A stretch of 64,000 nt of DNA from positions 2,752,001 to 2,816,000 of the forward strand of contig CAWCKH010000004.1 of NCBI GenBank assembly GCA_963796055.1, read 5' to 3'. Source of the DNA: an uncultured delta proteobacterium (GTDB lineage Bacteria; Myxococcota; Myxococcia; Myxococcales; Myxococcaceae). The position numbers and the translations under genes were made by a program. How positions within the stretch are numbered: the stretch's first letter is position 1; every line of letters starts with the position of its first letter. The notes under the pieces were generated by a model, which was not told the DNA's origin, ran no database searches, and saw nothing but the letters and a program-made list of their open reading frames with translations. Positions 1 to 10,756 of the stretch are shown here, one piece after another.

Positions 1-81
1 GAGGTCGAAGATGGCCAGCAGCGCCAGCCCGAGGATGGCCAGGGCCACCACCACCTCCAGGAGGGTGAAGCCGCGCCTCAT
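1..81 (-). CDS. gspI: Type II secretion minor pseudopilin, GspI-like (N-terminal 27 codons only; runs off window edge)
   Basis: Manual translation MRRGFTLLEVVVALAILGLALLAIFDL has the prepilin G|FTLxE motif. Its ATG (79-81) overlaps the gspH stop as ATGA. Confidence 0.8.
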   Translation of the reverse strand, partial: MRRGFTLLEVVVALAILGLALLAIFDL

Positions 82-806
82 GGCTTCGGGATCTCCGGCT
101 CGCCGTCGACGATGGAGGTCTTGCCGGTGATCGGCGAGACCAGCAGGGTCCAGACGTTCTTCCCCTGGCGGACAGTGACCTGGGCCCGTTCGGTGTAACC
201 CTGGGGGAAGAAGTAGAGGTAGGCGAGGCCGCGGTCGATCTTCGCCCGCTGGTGGGAGGTCCAGACCGAGACCCGGACTCCGCTCATCTTTCGCGGCTCG
301 ATCTCCGCCGTGGTGAAGGCGGAGAACTGGGCCGCCTTCTCCACCCGGGCCTTCTCCGAGTCGAGCACGTCGAGCAGGGTGGAGCCGGAGGAGCTGGAGC
401 CGTACGCGCCGTAGGAGCTGGGGCCGGGGGGAGGTGGGGGCGCATCCCGGGCACTGCCGCGGCTCTTCTTCCGGTACGCCTCCACCGCGGCCTTGGTCGC
501 GTCGCGGATCTCCTGGTCGCGGTCCATGGCCGAGGTGACGGGCCCGCTGGCGCACTCGGCGCGGTAGGCGAACTCGGCCGAGTCGTCCTTCGGCAACAGG
601 AGCACCAGCCGGCAGGTGTTTCCGCTCAGCGCCGCGGTGTCGTAGAGCGACCGCGCCGCCGCCCCCAGCTCGCCCATCGCCTCGCGGGCCCGCGCCCCGG
701 TGAGCGCGCCGAGGCCCAGCACGAGCGCGGCAAAGAGTCCCGCGGCGATGGCGATGGCCACCGTGAGCTCGATCAGGGTGAAGCCTCTTGCGGCGTGGCG
801 GGGCAT
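78..806 (-). CDS. gspH: Type II secretion minor pseudopilin GspH-like
   Basis: Start moved to ATG at 806 (MPRHAARG|FTLIELT). Prepilin motif, hydrophobic helix and C-terminal YFFPQG motif; lies directly after gspG. Confidence 0.8.
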   Translation of the reverse strand: MPRHAARGFTLIELTVAIAIAAGLFAALVLGLGALTGARAREAMGELGAAARSLYDTAALSGNTCRLVLLLPKDDSAEFAYRAECASGPVTSAMDRDQEIRDATKAAVEAYRKKSRGSARDAPPPPPGPSSYGAYGSSSSGSTLLDVLDSEKARVEKAAQFSAFTTAEIEPRKMSGVRVSVWTSHQRAKIDRGLAYLYFFPQGYTERAQVTVRQGKNVWTLLVSPITGKTSIVDGEPEIPKP

Positions 807-849
807 CAGCGGGTGGAGACCTCGGTGGAGCGGGCTCGGCCAACACTCC

Positions 850-1266
850 TCATGGCTTCGTGGCGGTCGCCGCCGGACGGTTGGTGAGGTCCGCGTTCGG
901 CCCATCGCCCCCCGGCGTGCCGTCGGCACCGTAGGAGGTGATGATCGGTCGGCCGTTCTCGAGCGTGTACACGTAGTCGTTGCCCCAGGCGTCCTTGGGC
1001 AGCTTGTCGATGATTTCGAGATCCACCAGCGCCTTGAAGCCCGTGGTGGTGTCGGGGAACTTGCCCTTCCGGGCGTTGTAAAGCTTCAGCGCCGAGTCGA
1101 GGTTCCCGATGTCCAGGGTGGTCCGATCGACACGCGCCTTCTGGAGCTGCGGGAACACCGCGATCACCACAGCCGAGGCGATGAGACCGAGGATCACCAG
1201 CACCACCATGATCTCGATCAGCGTCATGCCGTGTGGGGCGCGGCGTCCCTTGAGCTTGCGCTTCAT
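850..1266 (-). CDS. gspG: Type II secretion major pseudopilin GspG
   Basis: MKRKLKGRRAPHG|MTLIEIMVV, plus GspG motifs PKDAWGNDY and SYGADGTPGG. GGAGGGAG RBS upstream of ATG 1266. Confidence 0.92.
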   Translation of the reverse strand: MKRKLKGRRAPHGMTLIEIMVVLVILGLIASAVVIAVFPQLQKARVDRTTLDIGNLDSALKLYNARKGKFPDTTTGFKALVDLEIIDKLPKDAWGNDYVYTLENGRPIITSYGADGTPGGDGPNADLTNRPAATATKP

Positions 1267-1436
1267 GGAGTGACTCCCTCCGCCACCGGGCGGATCTGAG
1301 AATGGAGGGCCCGCGTCTGTGCGCCGGGCCCGTAGAAGGCGATGCCCAGCCCGAGCAGCGCCACGACGACCGCGAGCACCGTCACCGCGGTCAGCCGCGT
1401 GACCCACTTCTCGAAGCTGGAGCTCGCCGGGTTCAT
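1263..1436 (-). CDS. Small (57 aa) single-TM protein inside the T2SS operon
   Basis: MNPASSSFEKWVTRLTAVTVLAVVVALLGLGIAFYG... It fills the gspF-gspG gap exactly, with ATGA overlaps at both ends. Confidence 0.7.
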   Translation of the reverse strand: MNPASSSFEKWVTRLTAVTVLAVVVALLGLGIAFYGPGAQTRALHSQIRPVAEGVTP

Positions 1437-2707
1437 CGGATGGAGGTGTTGAGCTGGAGGATCGGCATCAGGATGCTGAAGGCGACGAAGGCCACCGCCA
1501 CGCCCATGGCGACGATGATCAGCGGCTCCATCAGCGCGGTCAGCGCGCCGATCCGCACGCTGACCTGGGTCTCGTAGCTGTCGGCGACGTTGAGCAGCAT
1601 CTCCTCCAGCTGCCCGGAGCGCTCGCCGATGGCGATCATGTGGTGCACCAGCGGAGGGAACTCGCCCGAGCGCTTCAGCGGCCCGGCGATGCTCTCTCCC
1701 TCGCGGATGGCGTCCCGGGCGTTCTCCACCACTGCGGAGAGCACCCCGTTGCTGATCACGTTCTTGGTGATGTCCATCGCCGTCAGCAGCGGGACCCCGC
1801 TCCGGAGCAGGGTGGCCAAGGTCCGGCTGAAGCGGGCGATGGCCAGCATCCGCACCAGGCTCCCGAACACCGGGGCCCGCAGGACGAAGCGGTCCCACAC
1901 CGGCCGGCCCCTGCGGCTCGCCTTCCAGCGGAAGAAGCCGTAGATGGCGGCGCCGAGCAGCGGGAAGAGCAGCCACCACCAGTCGGCCAGGGTGTTGCTG
2001 GTGAAGATGAGCAGCCGGGTGGTCCAGGGCAGGGTCACCTTCATGCTCTCGAAGATCTTGGTGACCTTCGGGACCACCACCGTCATCAGCAGGGCGAGGA
2101 TGCCCGAGCCGATGATGGTCATGATCACCGGGTAGATGAGGGTGCCCAGCACTTTCTGGCGGAGCTTCGCCTGGCCCTCGGTGAAGTCCGCCAGCCGGGC
2201 CAGCACCGCGTCCAGGGCGCCCGAGGCCTCGCCGGCCCGCACCATGTTCACGTAGAGGGAGCCGAACACCTTCCCGTGCTGGCCGAGCGCGTCCGCCAGC
2301 GAGCTGCCCTCGTTCACCCGGGTCTTCACGTCGGAGACGATGCGCTTGAGCCGCTCCTTCTCGGTCTGGTCCACCAGGGCGGTGAGCGCCTCCACCAGGG
2401 TCACCCCGGCGTGGAGCAGGGTGGAGAGCTGGCGGGTGAAGATGGCCACGTCGTCCGGGCTGACCCGGCCGCGGAGCAGCTTCCCCACCTGGACCTCGCG
2501 GCTCGCCAGCGATTGCTTCGGCTGGGCGACCCCGCTCCCGTTCTGCTTGCCCCGGCCCGGGACCGACTCCCGCTCGGCCAGCACGTCGGTGAGGAACACC
2601 CCCGAGCGCTTGAGCTGCTGGCGCAGCGAGCGGCTGCTGTCCGCCTCGAGCAGGCCCTTGACCTGCTTCCCCGCGGGGGTGAGACCTCTGTATTCGAACA
2701 CCGGCAT
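1433..2707 (-). CDS. gspF: T2SS inner-membrane platform protein GspF
   Basis: FTRQLSTLL, G.SLADAL, MVRAGEASG and IAIGERSGQL; two GspF domains; located between gspE and gspG. Confidence 0.95.
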   Translation of the reverse strand: MPVFEYRGLTPAGKQVKGLLEADSSRSLRQQLKRSGVFLTDVLAERESVPGRGKQNGSGVAQPKQSLASREVQVGKLLRGRVSPDDVAIFTRQLSTLLHAGVTLVEALTALVDQTEKERLKRIVSDVKTRVNEGSSLADALGQHGKVFGSLYVNMVRAGEASGALDAVLARLADFTEGQAKLRQKVLGTLIYPVIMTIIGSGILALLMTVVVPKVTKIFESMKVTLPWTTRLLIFTSNTLADWWWLLFPLLGAAIYGFFRWKASRRGRPVWDRFVLRAPVFGSLVRMLAIARFSRTLATLLRSGVPLLTAMDITKNVISNGVLSAVVENARDAIREGESIAGPLKRSGEFPPLVHHMIAIGERSGQLEEMLLNVADSYETQVSVRIGALTALMEPLIIVAMGVAVAFVAFSILMPILQLNTSIR

Positions 2708-2713
2708 GGGACG

Positions 2714-4474
2714 TCAGATGTCTTCCTGGGTGACGCTCAGCACCTCGGCTAGGGTGGTCTCTCCGGCCAGGACCTTGCGGGCCCCGTCGTCCAGCAGGGT
2801 GCGCATGCCCCGCTGTACCCCGGCCCGCTTGATGGTGCTCGAGTCCACGTTCTTCAGCGCCAGCTGGCGGATGTCGTCGTCCACCATCAGCATCTCGTAG
2901 ATGCCCGTCCGGCCGCGGTAGCCGTTGCGGCCGCACGCGTCGCAGCCCCGGGCCCGGTAGATGGGGGGATTGCCCGCCCTGGCCACCGCTTCCGGGGTGA
3001 GCCCCACCTCCTTCAGCTCCTCGGCAGTGGGCTGGTACACCTCCCGGCAGTCGCGGCACACCCGGCGCACCAGCCGCTGGGCCATCACCGCGGTGAGGGA
3101 GGAGGCCACCAGGAACGGCTCGACGCCCATGTCCACCAGACGGGTGATGGCGCTGGCCGCGTCGTTGGTGTGGACGGTGGAGAAGACCAGGTGGCCGGTG
3201 AGCGAGGCCTGGATGGCGATCTCCGCCGTCTCCCGGTCGCGGATCTCGCCCACCATGATCACGTCCGGGTCCTGCCGGAGGAAGCTGCGCAGCCCGGCGG
3301 CGAAGGTCAGCCCGATCTTGGGGTTGATCGCCATCTGCCCGATGCCCTGGAGCTGGTACTCGACCGGGTCCTCGACGGTGAGGATGTTGAGGTCGGGGGT
3401 GTTGATCCGGCTCAGCGCCGCGTAGAGGGTGGTGGTCTTGCCGGAGCCGGTGGGTCCGGTGACCAGGATGATGCCGTGCGAGCGGCGGATCACCTGATCC
3501 ATCCCGTGCATCGTGTCCTGGGACATGCCGATGTCCGTCAGGTCGAGCAGGGTGGTGTTCTTGTCCAGGAGCCGCATGACGATCCGCTCGCCGAAGGTGC
3601 AAGGGATGGTCGACAGTCGGATGTCGATGTCGCGGCCGGCCAGCTTGATGCGGATGCGCCCGTCTTGCGGAAGCCGCTTCTCGGCGATGTTCAGCTGCCC
3701 CATCACCTTCACCCGGCTGACGATGCTGTTCTGGTAGCGCTTGGGCGGCTTGATGATCTCTTGCAGCACGCCGTCGATCCGGAAGCGCACCAGCAGCTCG
3801 CGCTCCATCGGCTCGATGTGGATGTCGCTCGCCCGCTCCTTCGCCGCGCGGAAGAGCAGCGAGTTCACCAGCCGGATGATCGGCGCCTCGTCGTCGGTAT
3901 CGAGGAGATCCTGGGGCTCCTCCAGCTCGTGGGCCAGGCTCTGGAGGTCCTGGGCCTCCATCTCGCCCACCAGCTGCTCGGCCTCGTTCACCGCCCGGTC
4001 GTAGACGCCGTTGATCGCATCGACGATCACCCCCCCGGTGGCCACGTGCGGCGAGACGTTGCGCTGCAGCAGCATCCGCGCGTGGTCCAGCACCGTGGTG
4101 TCCAGCGGGTCGGCCACCAGGAGCGCCACCGACTCGCCCTCCAGCCCCAGTGGGAGGATCAGCGCCTGCTTGGCGAAGTTGATCGGGACCTGCCGCACCA
4201 GCTCGGCGTCCACCGCGTCCAGCGAGACCTGCGCGTGGAAGGGAAGGTCCAGCTGCAGGGCGAGCGCCTTGGCCACGTCGTCGGCCGAGACCACCTTGCG
4301 GGCCACCAGCACCTCGCCGAGCCGTCCGCCCTCGTCGGCCTGGGCGCGCAGCGCCTCCTCGAGCGCGGCCTCGCTCAGGCCGGCGGTGGCGCGGAGGATT
4401 TCCCCCAGCGGGCGGCCGACCAGCGCGGGCTGGCCGGCGGACGGCACGGGGTAAAGTTCGACGGGGTCACGCAT
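2714..4474 (-). CDS. gspE: T2SS ATPase GspE
   Basis: Walker A GPTGSGKT, TVEDPVEY, LRQDPDVIMVGEIRD, His box TGHLVFSTVHTN, CxxC..CxxC, and an N-terminal MshEN-like LGEIL/RLGEVL region. Confidence 0.96.
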   Translation of the reverse strand: MRDPVELYPVPSAGQPALVGRPLGEILRATAGLSEAALEEALRAQADEGGRLGEVLVARKVVSADDVAKALALQLDLPFHAQVSLDAVDAELVRQVPINFAKQALILPLGLEGESVALLVADPLDTTVLDHARMLLQRNVSPHVATGGVIVDAINGVYDRAVNEAEQLVGEMEAQDLQSLAHELEEPQDLLDTDDEAPIIRLVNSLLFRAAKERASDIHIEPMERELLVRFRIDGVLQEIIKPPKRYQNSIVSRVKVMGQLNIAEKRLPQDGRIRIKLAGRDIDIRLSTIPCTFGERIVMRLLDKNTTLLDLTDIGMSQDTMHGMDQVIRRSHGIILVTGPTGSGKTTTLYAALSRINTPDLNILTVEDPVEYQLQGIGQMAINPKIGLTFAAGLRSFLRQDPDVIMVGEIRDRETAEIAIQASLTGHLVFSTVHTNDAASAITRLVDMGVEPFLVASSLTAVMAQRLVRRVCRDCREVYQPTAEELKEVGLTPEAVARAGNPPIYRARGCDACGRNGYRGRTGIYEMLMVDDDIRQLALKNVDSSTIKRAGVQRGMRTLLDDGARKVLAGETTLAEVLSVTQEDI

Positions 4475-4485
4475 GCGAGTTCGAT

Positions 4486-7275
4486 CTAACGGGCCTGGCC
4501 ACCGGGCTGAACCTTGAGGCGGTCATCCGTGGGCGGCGGGGGCGTGGTCTGGGCCGGCGGGGGCGGGGTCTCCGCCGGCGGTGGAGGCTGCTGCACGGTG
4601 CCCGGCTGCGGCTCGGACTGAGGGGCGCTGCTCGCTGGCGGCTGTCCGGGCGGAGAGGTCACTGTCCCCGCGGGGCCGAGCGGGCCGAGCGGTCCTGCGG
4701 GTGCTGGCGCGGGCGTCTCGGCCGGTGGTGGCTGGCCGGGCTGGAGCATCTGCCGCCCGATGTCGGCCGGCGCGGTGGGGCTCGGTCCCGGCGCGGGGGC
4801 GGCGGCCGGGCCGAGGGTCCCGGGCCGGAACACCTGCTCGCCGGGCAGACCGGGTCCGCCGTTCTCGACCTTCAGCTCCTCCCGCATGACGATCTGGTTC
4901 ATCTTCGCCAGCGGTCCCTGCTTGCGGCCGAAGTCGATGGGCACGTCGTAGCCCGGCACCTGCCCGTAGAACTCCTCCACGAAGCGCTGCCGTTCGGCCA
5001 TCTTCTTCTCGAAGATGCGCCGGAAGTCCGAGGCGTCACGGATGATGTACGGGGTGAGGAACAAAAGGAGGTTGGTCTTCACCTTGTGGTCGGTGGTCTC
5101 GCGGAAGAGGTAGCCGAGCAGCGGGATGTCGCCGAGCACCGGCACCTTGTTCACCGACTTGATGTTCCGCTCCTGCATGATGCCGCCGATGACCACGGTC
5201 TCCTGGTCCTTGGCGACCACGGTGGTCTTGGCGGTGCGCTTGCTGGTGGTGGGGCCGAGCGTCGGGTCCTGCGAGACGATCTCCTCGGCGCTCTCGTTGA
5301 TCACCATCCGGATGTAGTCGCTGGCGTTGATCTGCGGCTTGATGTTCAGCTTCAGCTCGACGTTCTGCCGGTTGATCGGGGCGTAGTACGAGCCGATGCC
5401 ACCGAGCAGCGAACCGGTGGTGGCCAGCGAGCCGGCGGCGAGGGTGGTCCCAGTGCCGGTGGGGAGCTGGGGGGCGAACCCGGCCTGGAAGGGCACGTTC
5501 TGCCCCACGGTAATCTCCGCCTCCTCGTTGTCGCTGGTGAGAACGTGCGGCGTGCTCAGCACGTTCACGTCCGAGCTCATCTGCAACGCATGGAGCACGA
5601 TGCCGAACGAGGGGATGGACAGCCCCAGCTTCTCGAAGGCGGGGATGGTCGGCCCCTGTAGCCCGGCGAGAAAGCCTCCGTAGGAGGCCAGATTGGTGAG
5701 AGAGAACGACGGTGGGACGCCGCTGGTGGTGTACTTCGTCCCGACGATGCCCACCGCCTGCCCCTGCGAGGTGTTCACCGTGTAGCCCTGGTGGAGGCTG
5801 ATGCCGAACTGGCTCTGCCGGTCGAGATCGACCTCCATGATCACCGCCTCGATGAAGACCTGCCGGCGGGCGATGTCGAGCTTCTCGATGACCCGGACCA
5901 GGTTCCGGAAGTCCGACTGGCTCGCCACCACCACCAGCGAGTTGGTCGCCTTGTCCGGCGAGATCTTCACCTCCCCCTGGAAGAGCTCGGCGGCGGTGAC
6001 CCCGCCCGGGACGGCAGGACGGGGCGGTGGTACGCCGGGGATGTTCGGTGGCGGCGCACCGCCCGGACCGGTGGCGCGGGGCCGGTTGGCGGTGCCCTGG
6101 GCCAGCGCCTGGAGCGTGGCGGCGATGTCCTCGGCGTTCGCGTTCTGCAGCGCGTAGACGTTGATCCGCCCCTCGCCGCTGATCGGCACGTCGATCTCCT
6201 TGAGCAGGGAGTCGATCCGCTCGTTGGCCGCCGGGGTGGCCACCACCACCAGCTTGTTGGTGCGCTCGTCGGCGATGAGGGTGGTGACCGTGGCCGGGCC
6301 GCCTGACGGTGGCGCCCCCGGCTGGACGGCCGCATGTGGAGGGCCGCCGGGCTGCGGCGGAGCTCCGGGCAGCAGCTGCGGGCTCACGGCGAGCCCGGGC
6401 CGGGCGCCGGGGCGGTTGGCCTTGGCGTCGAACAGCTTCTGGATGGTGGTGGCCAGGTCCTGGGCGTTGGCGTACCGGACCTGGATGACCCGCATCTCGT
6501 CGGAGCTGGAGCGGCTGTCGAGCTGCTCGATGATCCTCTCCAGCCGGTGCATGTTCGAGCCGATGTCGTTGACGATCAGCGTGTCCGGCTGGAAGGGGAT
6601 GGTGTCGCCGTTCTGGCTGACCAGCTGCTGCACCACGCCCCGCAGCGGCTCCAGGTCGGCGTAGCGGATCTTGAAGATCCGGGTGAGCATCTGCTCGTTG
6701 GTGGTGAAGGGCTCGTCCGAGCCGACCAGCGGGATGTTGCTCTGCTTGGCCTTGGCCTTCTCCACGATCTTCGAGAACCGGCCGTAGGGCACCACCGCCA
6801 GCTGGTTGGCGTCGAGCGCGGCAAGGAACGCGGCGTAGAACTCCTCCGCGCTCACGTCCACCTTCCCGTTGTCCGGGCCGATGATGGAGATCTTCCCCCG
6901 GACGTTGTCCCCGAGGATGAAGGTGCGGCAGGTGGCGTTGGAGACGGTCTGGACCAGCTTCTCGACGTCCACCTTGTCGAAGTAGACGTTGAACCGCGCC
7001 TTCCTTCGCACCTCGGAGCAGTCGGGAGTGACGGCCGAGGTGGTGCCTTCACCGGCGGGCGGCATCGAGGGTGGCGTCGCCTGCCGCCCCGGCGCCTGCA
7101 CCGGGGCCGCCGGCGGAGGGGTGGTCGCCTGCGTCGGCGTGGGCTGCGCGGGCGGTGCCACGGGTGCGGCGTTGGGCAGGCGCATCGGACGGCCGGGCGC
7201 CCCCGGGGAAGGCTGCGGCGGCGGGCCGGCCTGGGCGAGCAGGCCAAGCGCAATGCAGGGCAGGAGAGCGATCAT
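4486..7275 (-). CDS. gspD: T2SS secretin GspD with Pro-rich N- and C-terminal extensions
   Basis: Signal peptide, N-domain repeats (DERTNKLVV, DKATNSLVV) and secretin motifs QVFIEAVIMEV, KVPVLGDIPLLGYLFR, LLLFLTPYII. Confidence 0.95.
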   Translation of the reverse strand: MIALLPCIALGLLAQAGPPPQPSPGAPGRPMRLPNAAPVAPPAQPTPTQATTPPPAAPVQAPGRQATPPSMPPAGEGTTSAVTPDCSEVRRKARFNVYFDKVDVEKLVQTVSNATCRTFILGDNVRGKISIIGPDNGKVDVSAEEFYAAFLAALDANQLAVVPYGRFSKIVEKAKAKQSNIPLVGSDEPFTTNEQMLTRIFKIRYADLEPLRGVVQQLVSQNGDTIPFQPDTLIVNDIGSNMHRLERIIEQLDSRSSSDEMRVIQVRYANAQDLATTIQKLFDAKANRPGARPGLAVSPQLLPGAPPQPGGPPHAAVQPGAPPSGGPATVTTLIADERTNKLVVVATPAANERIDSLLKEIDVPISGEGRINVYALQNANAEDIAATLQALAQGTANRPRATGPGGAPPPNIPGVPPPRPAVPGGVTAAELFQGEVKISPDKATNSLVVVASQSDFRNLVRVIEKLDIARRQVFIEAVIMEVDLDRQSQFGISLHQGYTVNTSQGQAVGIVGTKYTTSGVPPSFSLTNLASYGGFLAGLQGPTIPAFEKLGLSIPSFGIVLHALQMSSDVNVLSTPHVLTSDNEEAEITVGQNVPFQAGFAPQLPTGTGTTLAAGSLATTGSLLGGIGSYYAPINRQNVELKLNIKPQINASDYIRMVINESAEEIVSQDPTLGPTTSKRTAKTTVVAKDQETVVIGGIMQERNIKSVNKVPVLGDIPLLGYLFRETTDHKVKTNLLLFLTPYIIRDASDFRRIFEKKMAERQRFVEEFYGQVPGYDVPIDFGRKQGPLAKMNQIVMREELKVENGGPGLPGEQVFRPGTLGPAAAPAPGPSPTAPADIGRQMLQPGQPPPAETPAPAPAGPLGPLGPAGTVTSPPGQPPASSAPQSEPQPGTVQQPPPPAETPPPPAQTTPPPPTDDRLKVQPGGQAR

Positions 7276-7278
7276 GGG

Positions 7279-8169
7279 TCAGCGGACGTTGTACGTCTTG
7301 CGAAGCGTGGTGCCGTTCCGGTCGAGCTCGATGTCGATGCGGTTGGTGTCCTTGAGCTTGGTGTAGACCTCCAGCGCCTTCTCGGGGCTGTTCATCTCGA
7401 AGCCGTTGATGCGCTTGATGACGTCCCCGTTGACGATCCCGATCTTGGAGTACAGCGAGTCGGGGCGGATGGAGAAGAGCTTGAAACCCTCGGCCTGCCC
7501 GTCCTTGAACGCCGGCACGATGCGGGCCTGCATCGCCAGGTCATTGAGGTTGGCCAGGGCCCGGTCCACCTCGGTGCGCGGGACCTCGTAGTTGTTCTCG
7601 TCCAGGGCCTTGATCCCCGCGCCGTACGGCTGGCCCGGCTCGGTCACCGGGCGGGTGGTGGCGATGGGTGGCGGGGGTGGCGCGCCGTCACCGGGCTCGG
7701 CGCCGATGAACTCCCGCCGCCCGTTGTTGGCGATGATGATCCGGTCGCGCTCGATGCTCAGCACCTCGGCGCTCTGCACCCGGTCGCCCACCATCACCGT
7801 GGAGGACTTCTGGTTGCCGAGGTCGAGGATGGAGCCGATCGACCACCCGGGTGCGATGCTCACCAGCGTCCCGAGCAGCTTCACCCGGAGGGAGGTGCGC
7901 ACCGGCTCGGCGCTCATGTCCGGCTTCTGCTCCTCCGGCACCTCGGCGCTGGGGAGCGGCAGATTGACGAGCTGGGCGAGCTTGGCCAGGTCGAGCGTCG
8001 CCGCCGGCTCGGACTGGGCGGTCCGGGTGGTCCCCCGGGCGGGCGCGGACGGCGCAGGGGCGATGGCAGCCTCGAGGAAGAGGTTGACCGTCTTCGCCGC
8101 GAGGAGCGCCACCAGCGCCACGAAGCAGAGGTTGACCGCCCAGAAATACTTCCGGATGACGAGTTCCAT
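7279..8169 (-). CDS. gspC: T2SS protein GspC with C-terminal PDZ domain
   Basis: N-terminal TM helix, HR domain (LLGTLV...IERDRIII.NNGRREF) and PDZ (GFKLFSIRPDSLYSKIGIVNGDVIKRING); first gene of the operon. Confidence 0.92.
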   Translation of the reverse strand: MELVIRKYFWAVNLCFVALVALLAAKTVNLFLEAAIAPAPSAPARGTTRTAQSEPAATLDLAKLAQLVNLPLPSAEVPEEQKPDMSAEPVRTSLRVKLLGTLVSIAPGWSIGSILDLGNQKSSTVMVGDRVQSAEVLSIERDRIIIANNGRREFIGAEPGDGAPPPPPIATTRPVTEPGQPYGAGIKALDENNYEVPRTEVDRALANLNDLAMQARIVPAFKDGQAEGFKLFSIRPDSLYSKIGIVNGDVIKRINGFEMNSPEKALEVYTKLKDTNRIDIELDRNGTTLRKTYNVR

Positions 8170-8202
8170 GCACGTTGCCCGCGGCGGGGCCAGGCGACGT
8201 AC

Positions 8203-8219
8203 AGCAAGCCCGATGCCAG
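8203..8219 (-). promoter_or_regulatory. Putative sigma54 -24/-12 promoter of the gsp operon
   Basis: Minus strand reads CTGGCATCGGGCTTGCT: GG-N10-GC spacing, TGGCA and TTGCT boxes, 33 bp upstream of the gspC ATG. Confidence 0.75.
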
Positions 8220-8300
8220 CGGCGAAAGGCCCCAGGACAGCGGGATTCCCCGCAAGATTCCCGCCCGGCGACGCCCCCGCGCCCCGGCCGAGGGTCGCTG

Positions 8301-8313
8301 AGACAAAATGTCA
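8301..8313. promoter_or_regulatory. Inverted repeat GACA-AAA-TGTC, candidate enhancer (bEBP) site
   Basis: AT-rich palindrome AGACAAAATGTCA in GC-rich DNA, about 80 bp upstream of the -24 box. Confidence 0.5.
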
Positions 8314-8370
8314 CTCCGCCGGTCCGGGAGGCGGGGCGGAACGTCAACGCACCCTCAGCCCCCCGCTTGC

Positions 8371-9753
<1,383 letters not shown>

Positions 9754-9961
9754 CGGGAGAGGGACGAGTGTAGCGCAGAGTCGCCGGCGCGCTGGAGGGC
9801 AGCTCTCCCGCGGGGCGACTGCCACCCTCGGTCGCTCGGCGAGGAACCCGGTGCGTGGGCGGGTATTCCCCTGGCCGCGGGCGCCGGTGTTTTCTTTCCG
9901 CGGGGTGCACAGGCCTGCGAGAGTGCCGCCTGACTCACGTCCCCACCGGAGCACCGCTCGC

Positions 9962-10738
9962 ATGCTGCTGCGCCTCGTCCTCGTCTCCTCCCTGCTCGTT
10001 CTCGCCCTGGGCCTCGCCTGCGACTCCGGATCGCCCGGGCCGGCGCAGGTGCGGATCGCCCACCTCGTCCCGGATGCGCCGGCAGTCGATGTCTGTCTCA
10101 AGCCCGATGGCGTGGCGGCCTTCGGCACCCCGTTCGTCGGGGGCACGGGGCTGGCGTACCCGTCGCTCTCGACCCGCGCCGTGGTCGATGCTGGCACGTA
10201 CTCGGTCCGGCTGGTCCCCGGCGGTTCCAGCAGCTGCGCGACCTCGCTCAACGGCCTGGGGGACAAGACCGGCCTGGTGCTGGGTGCGGATGCGACGCAG
10301 ACCCTGGCGCTCACCGGTCGGCTGACCGGCACCGGCACTCCCTCGGTCGAGGTGAGGCAGATCGACGACCGGACGGCGGGCACCCCGAGCGGCGGCGTGT
10401 CGCTCCGGGCGATGAACGCGGCCCCGGGGTCCACCGCCCAGGACGTGGGCGTGGTGTCCGGGCAGCTCTTCCAGACCTTCGCCACCGGCGTGTCGTTCGG
10501 GAGCGCGTCCGGCTACCAGACGGTCAGCATCACCCCCGGGTCCACCAACGTGCAGGCGGCGCTTGCCGCGCGCGACTCCAGCTCGCAGGCGCCGTGGGCG
10601 GCCGGCACCTTCAACAACGTGTCCGACACCGGCGTCTACACGCTCTACCTCATCGGAGTTCCGGGCCAGACGGCGACGCAGCGTCCCTCGCTCCTGCTCT
10701 GCTCGGACACCTCGCTCAACTGCGCGCAGTCACCCTAG
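9962..10738 (+). CDS. DUF4397-like lipoprotein
   Basis: Lipobox LGLAC and repeated VRIAHLVPDAPAVDV / LRAMNAAPG...DV motifs typical of DUF4397. Confidence 0.75.
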   Translation: MLLRLVLVSSLLVLALGLACDSGSPGPAQVRIAHLVPDAPAVDVCLKPDGVAAFGTPFVGGTGLAYPSLSTRAVVDAGTYSVRLVPGGSSSCATSLNGLGDKTGLVLGADATQTLALTGRLTGTGTPSVEVRQIDDRTAGTPSGGVSLRAMNAAPGSTAQDVGVVSGQLFQTFATGVSFGSASGYQTVSITPGSTNVQAALAARDSSSQAPWAAGTFNNVSDTGVYTLYLIGVPGQTATQRPSLLLCSDTSLNCAQSP

Positions 10739-10756
10739 CCCCCGATCACCGGGGGC
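10738..10756. terminator. Hairpin between convergent genes (possible bidirectional terminator)
   Basis: GCCCCCG-ATCAC-CGGGGGC, a perfect 7-bp stem filling the gap between the two stop codons; no U-tract. Confidence 0.45.

Noticed and set aside
1263..3602. 779-aa ORF overlapping gspE/gspF, and many similar long alternate-frame or antisense ORFs (e.g. 6334-8301, 22026-24425, 34459-37128, 50759-52939, 53513-55840, 59351-61972)
   Set aside because: These are Arg/Gly/Pro/Ala-rich shadow translations expected from stop-codon scarcity in very GC-rich DNA, and they overlap motif-supported genes. Only the last 57 codons of 1263-3602 are kept as a real gene.
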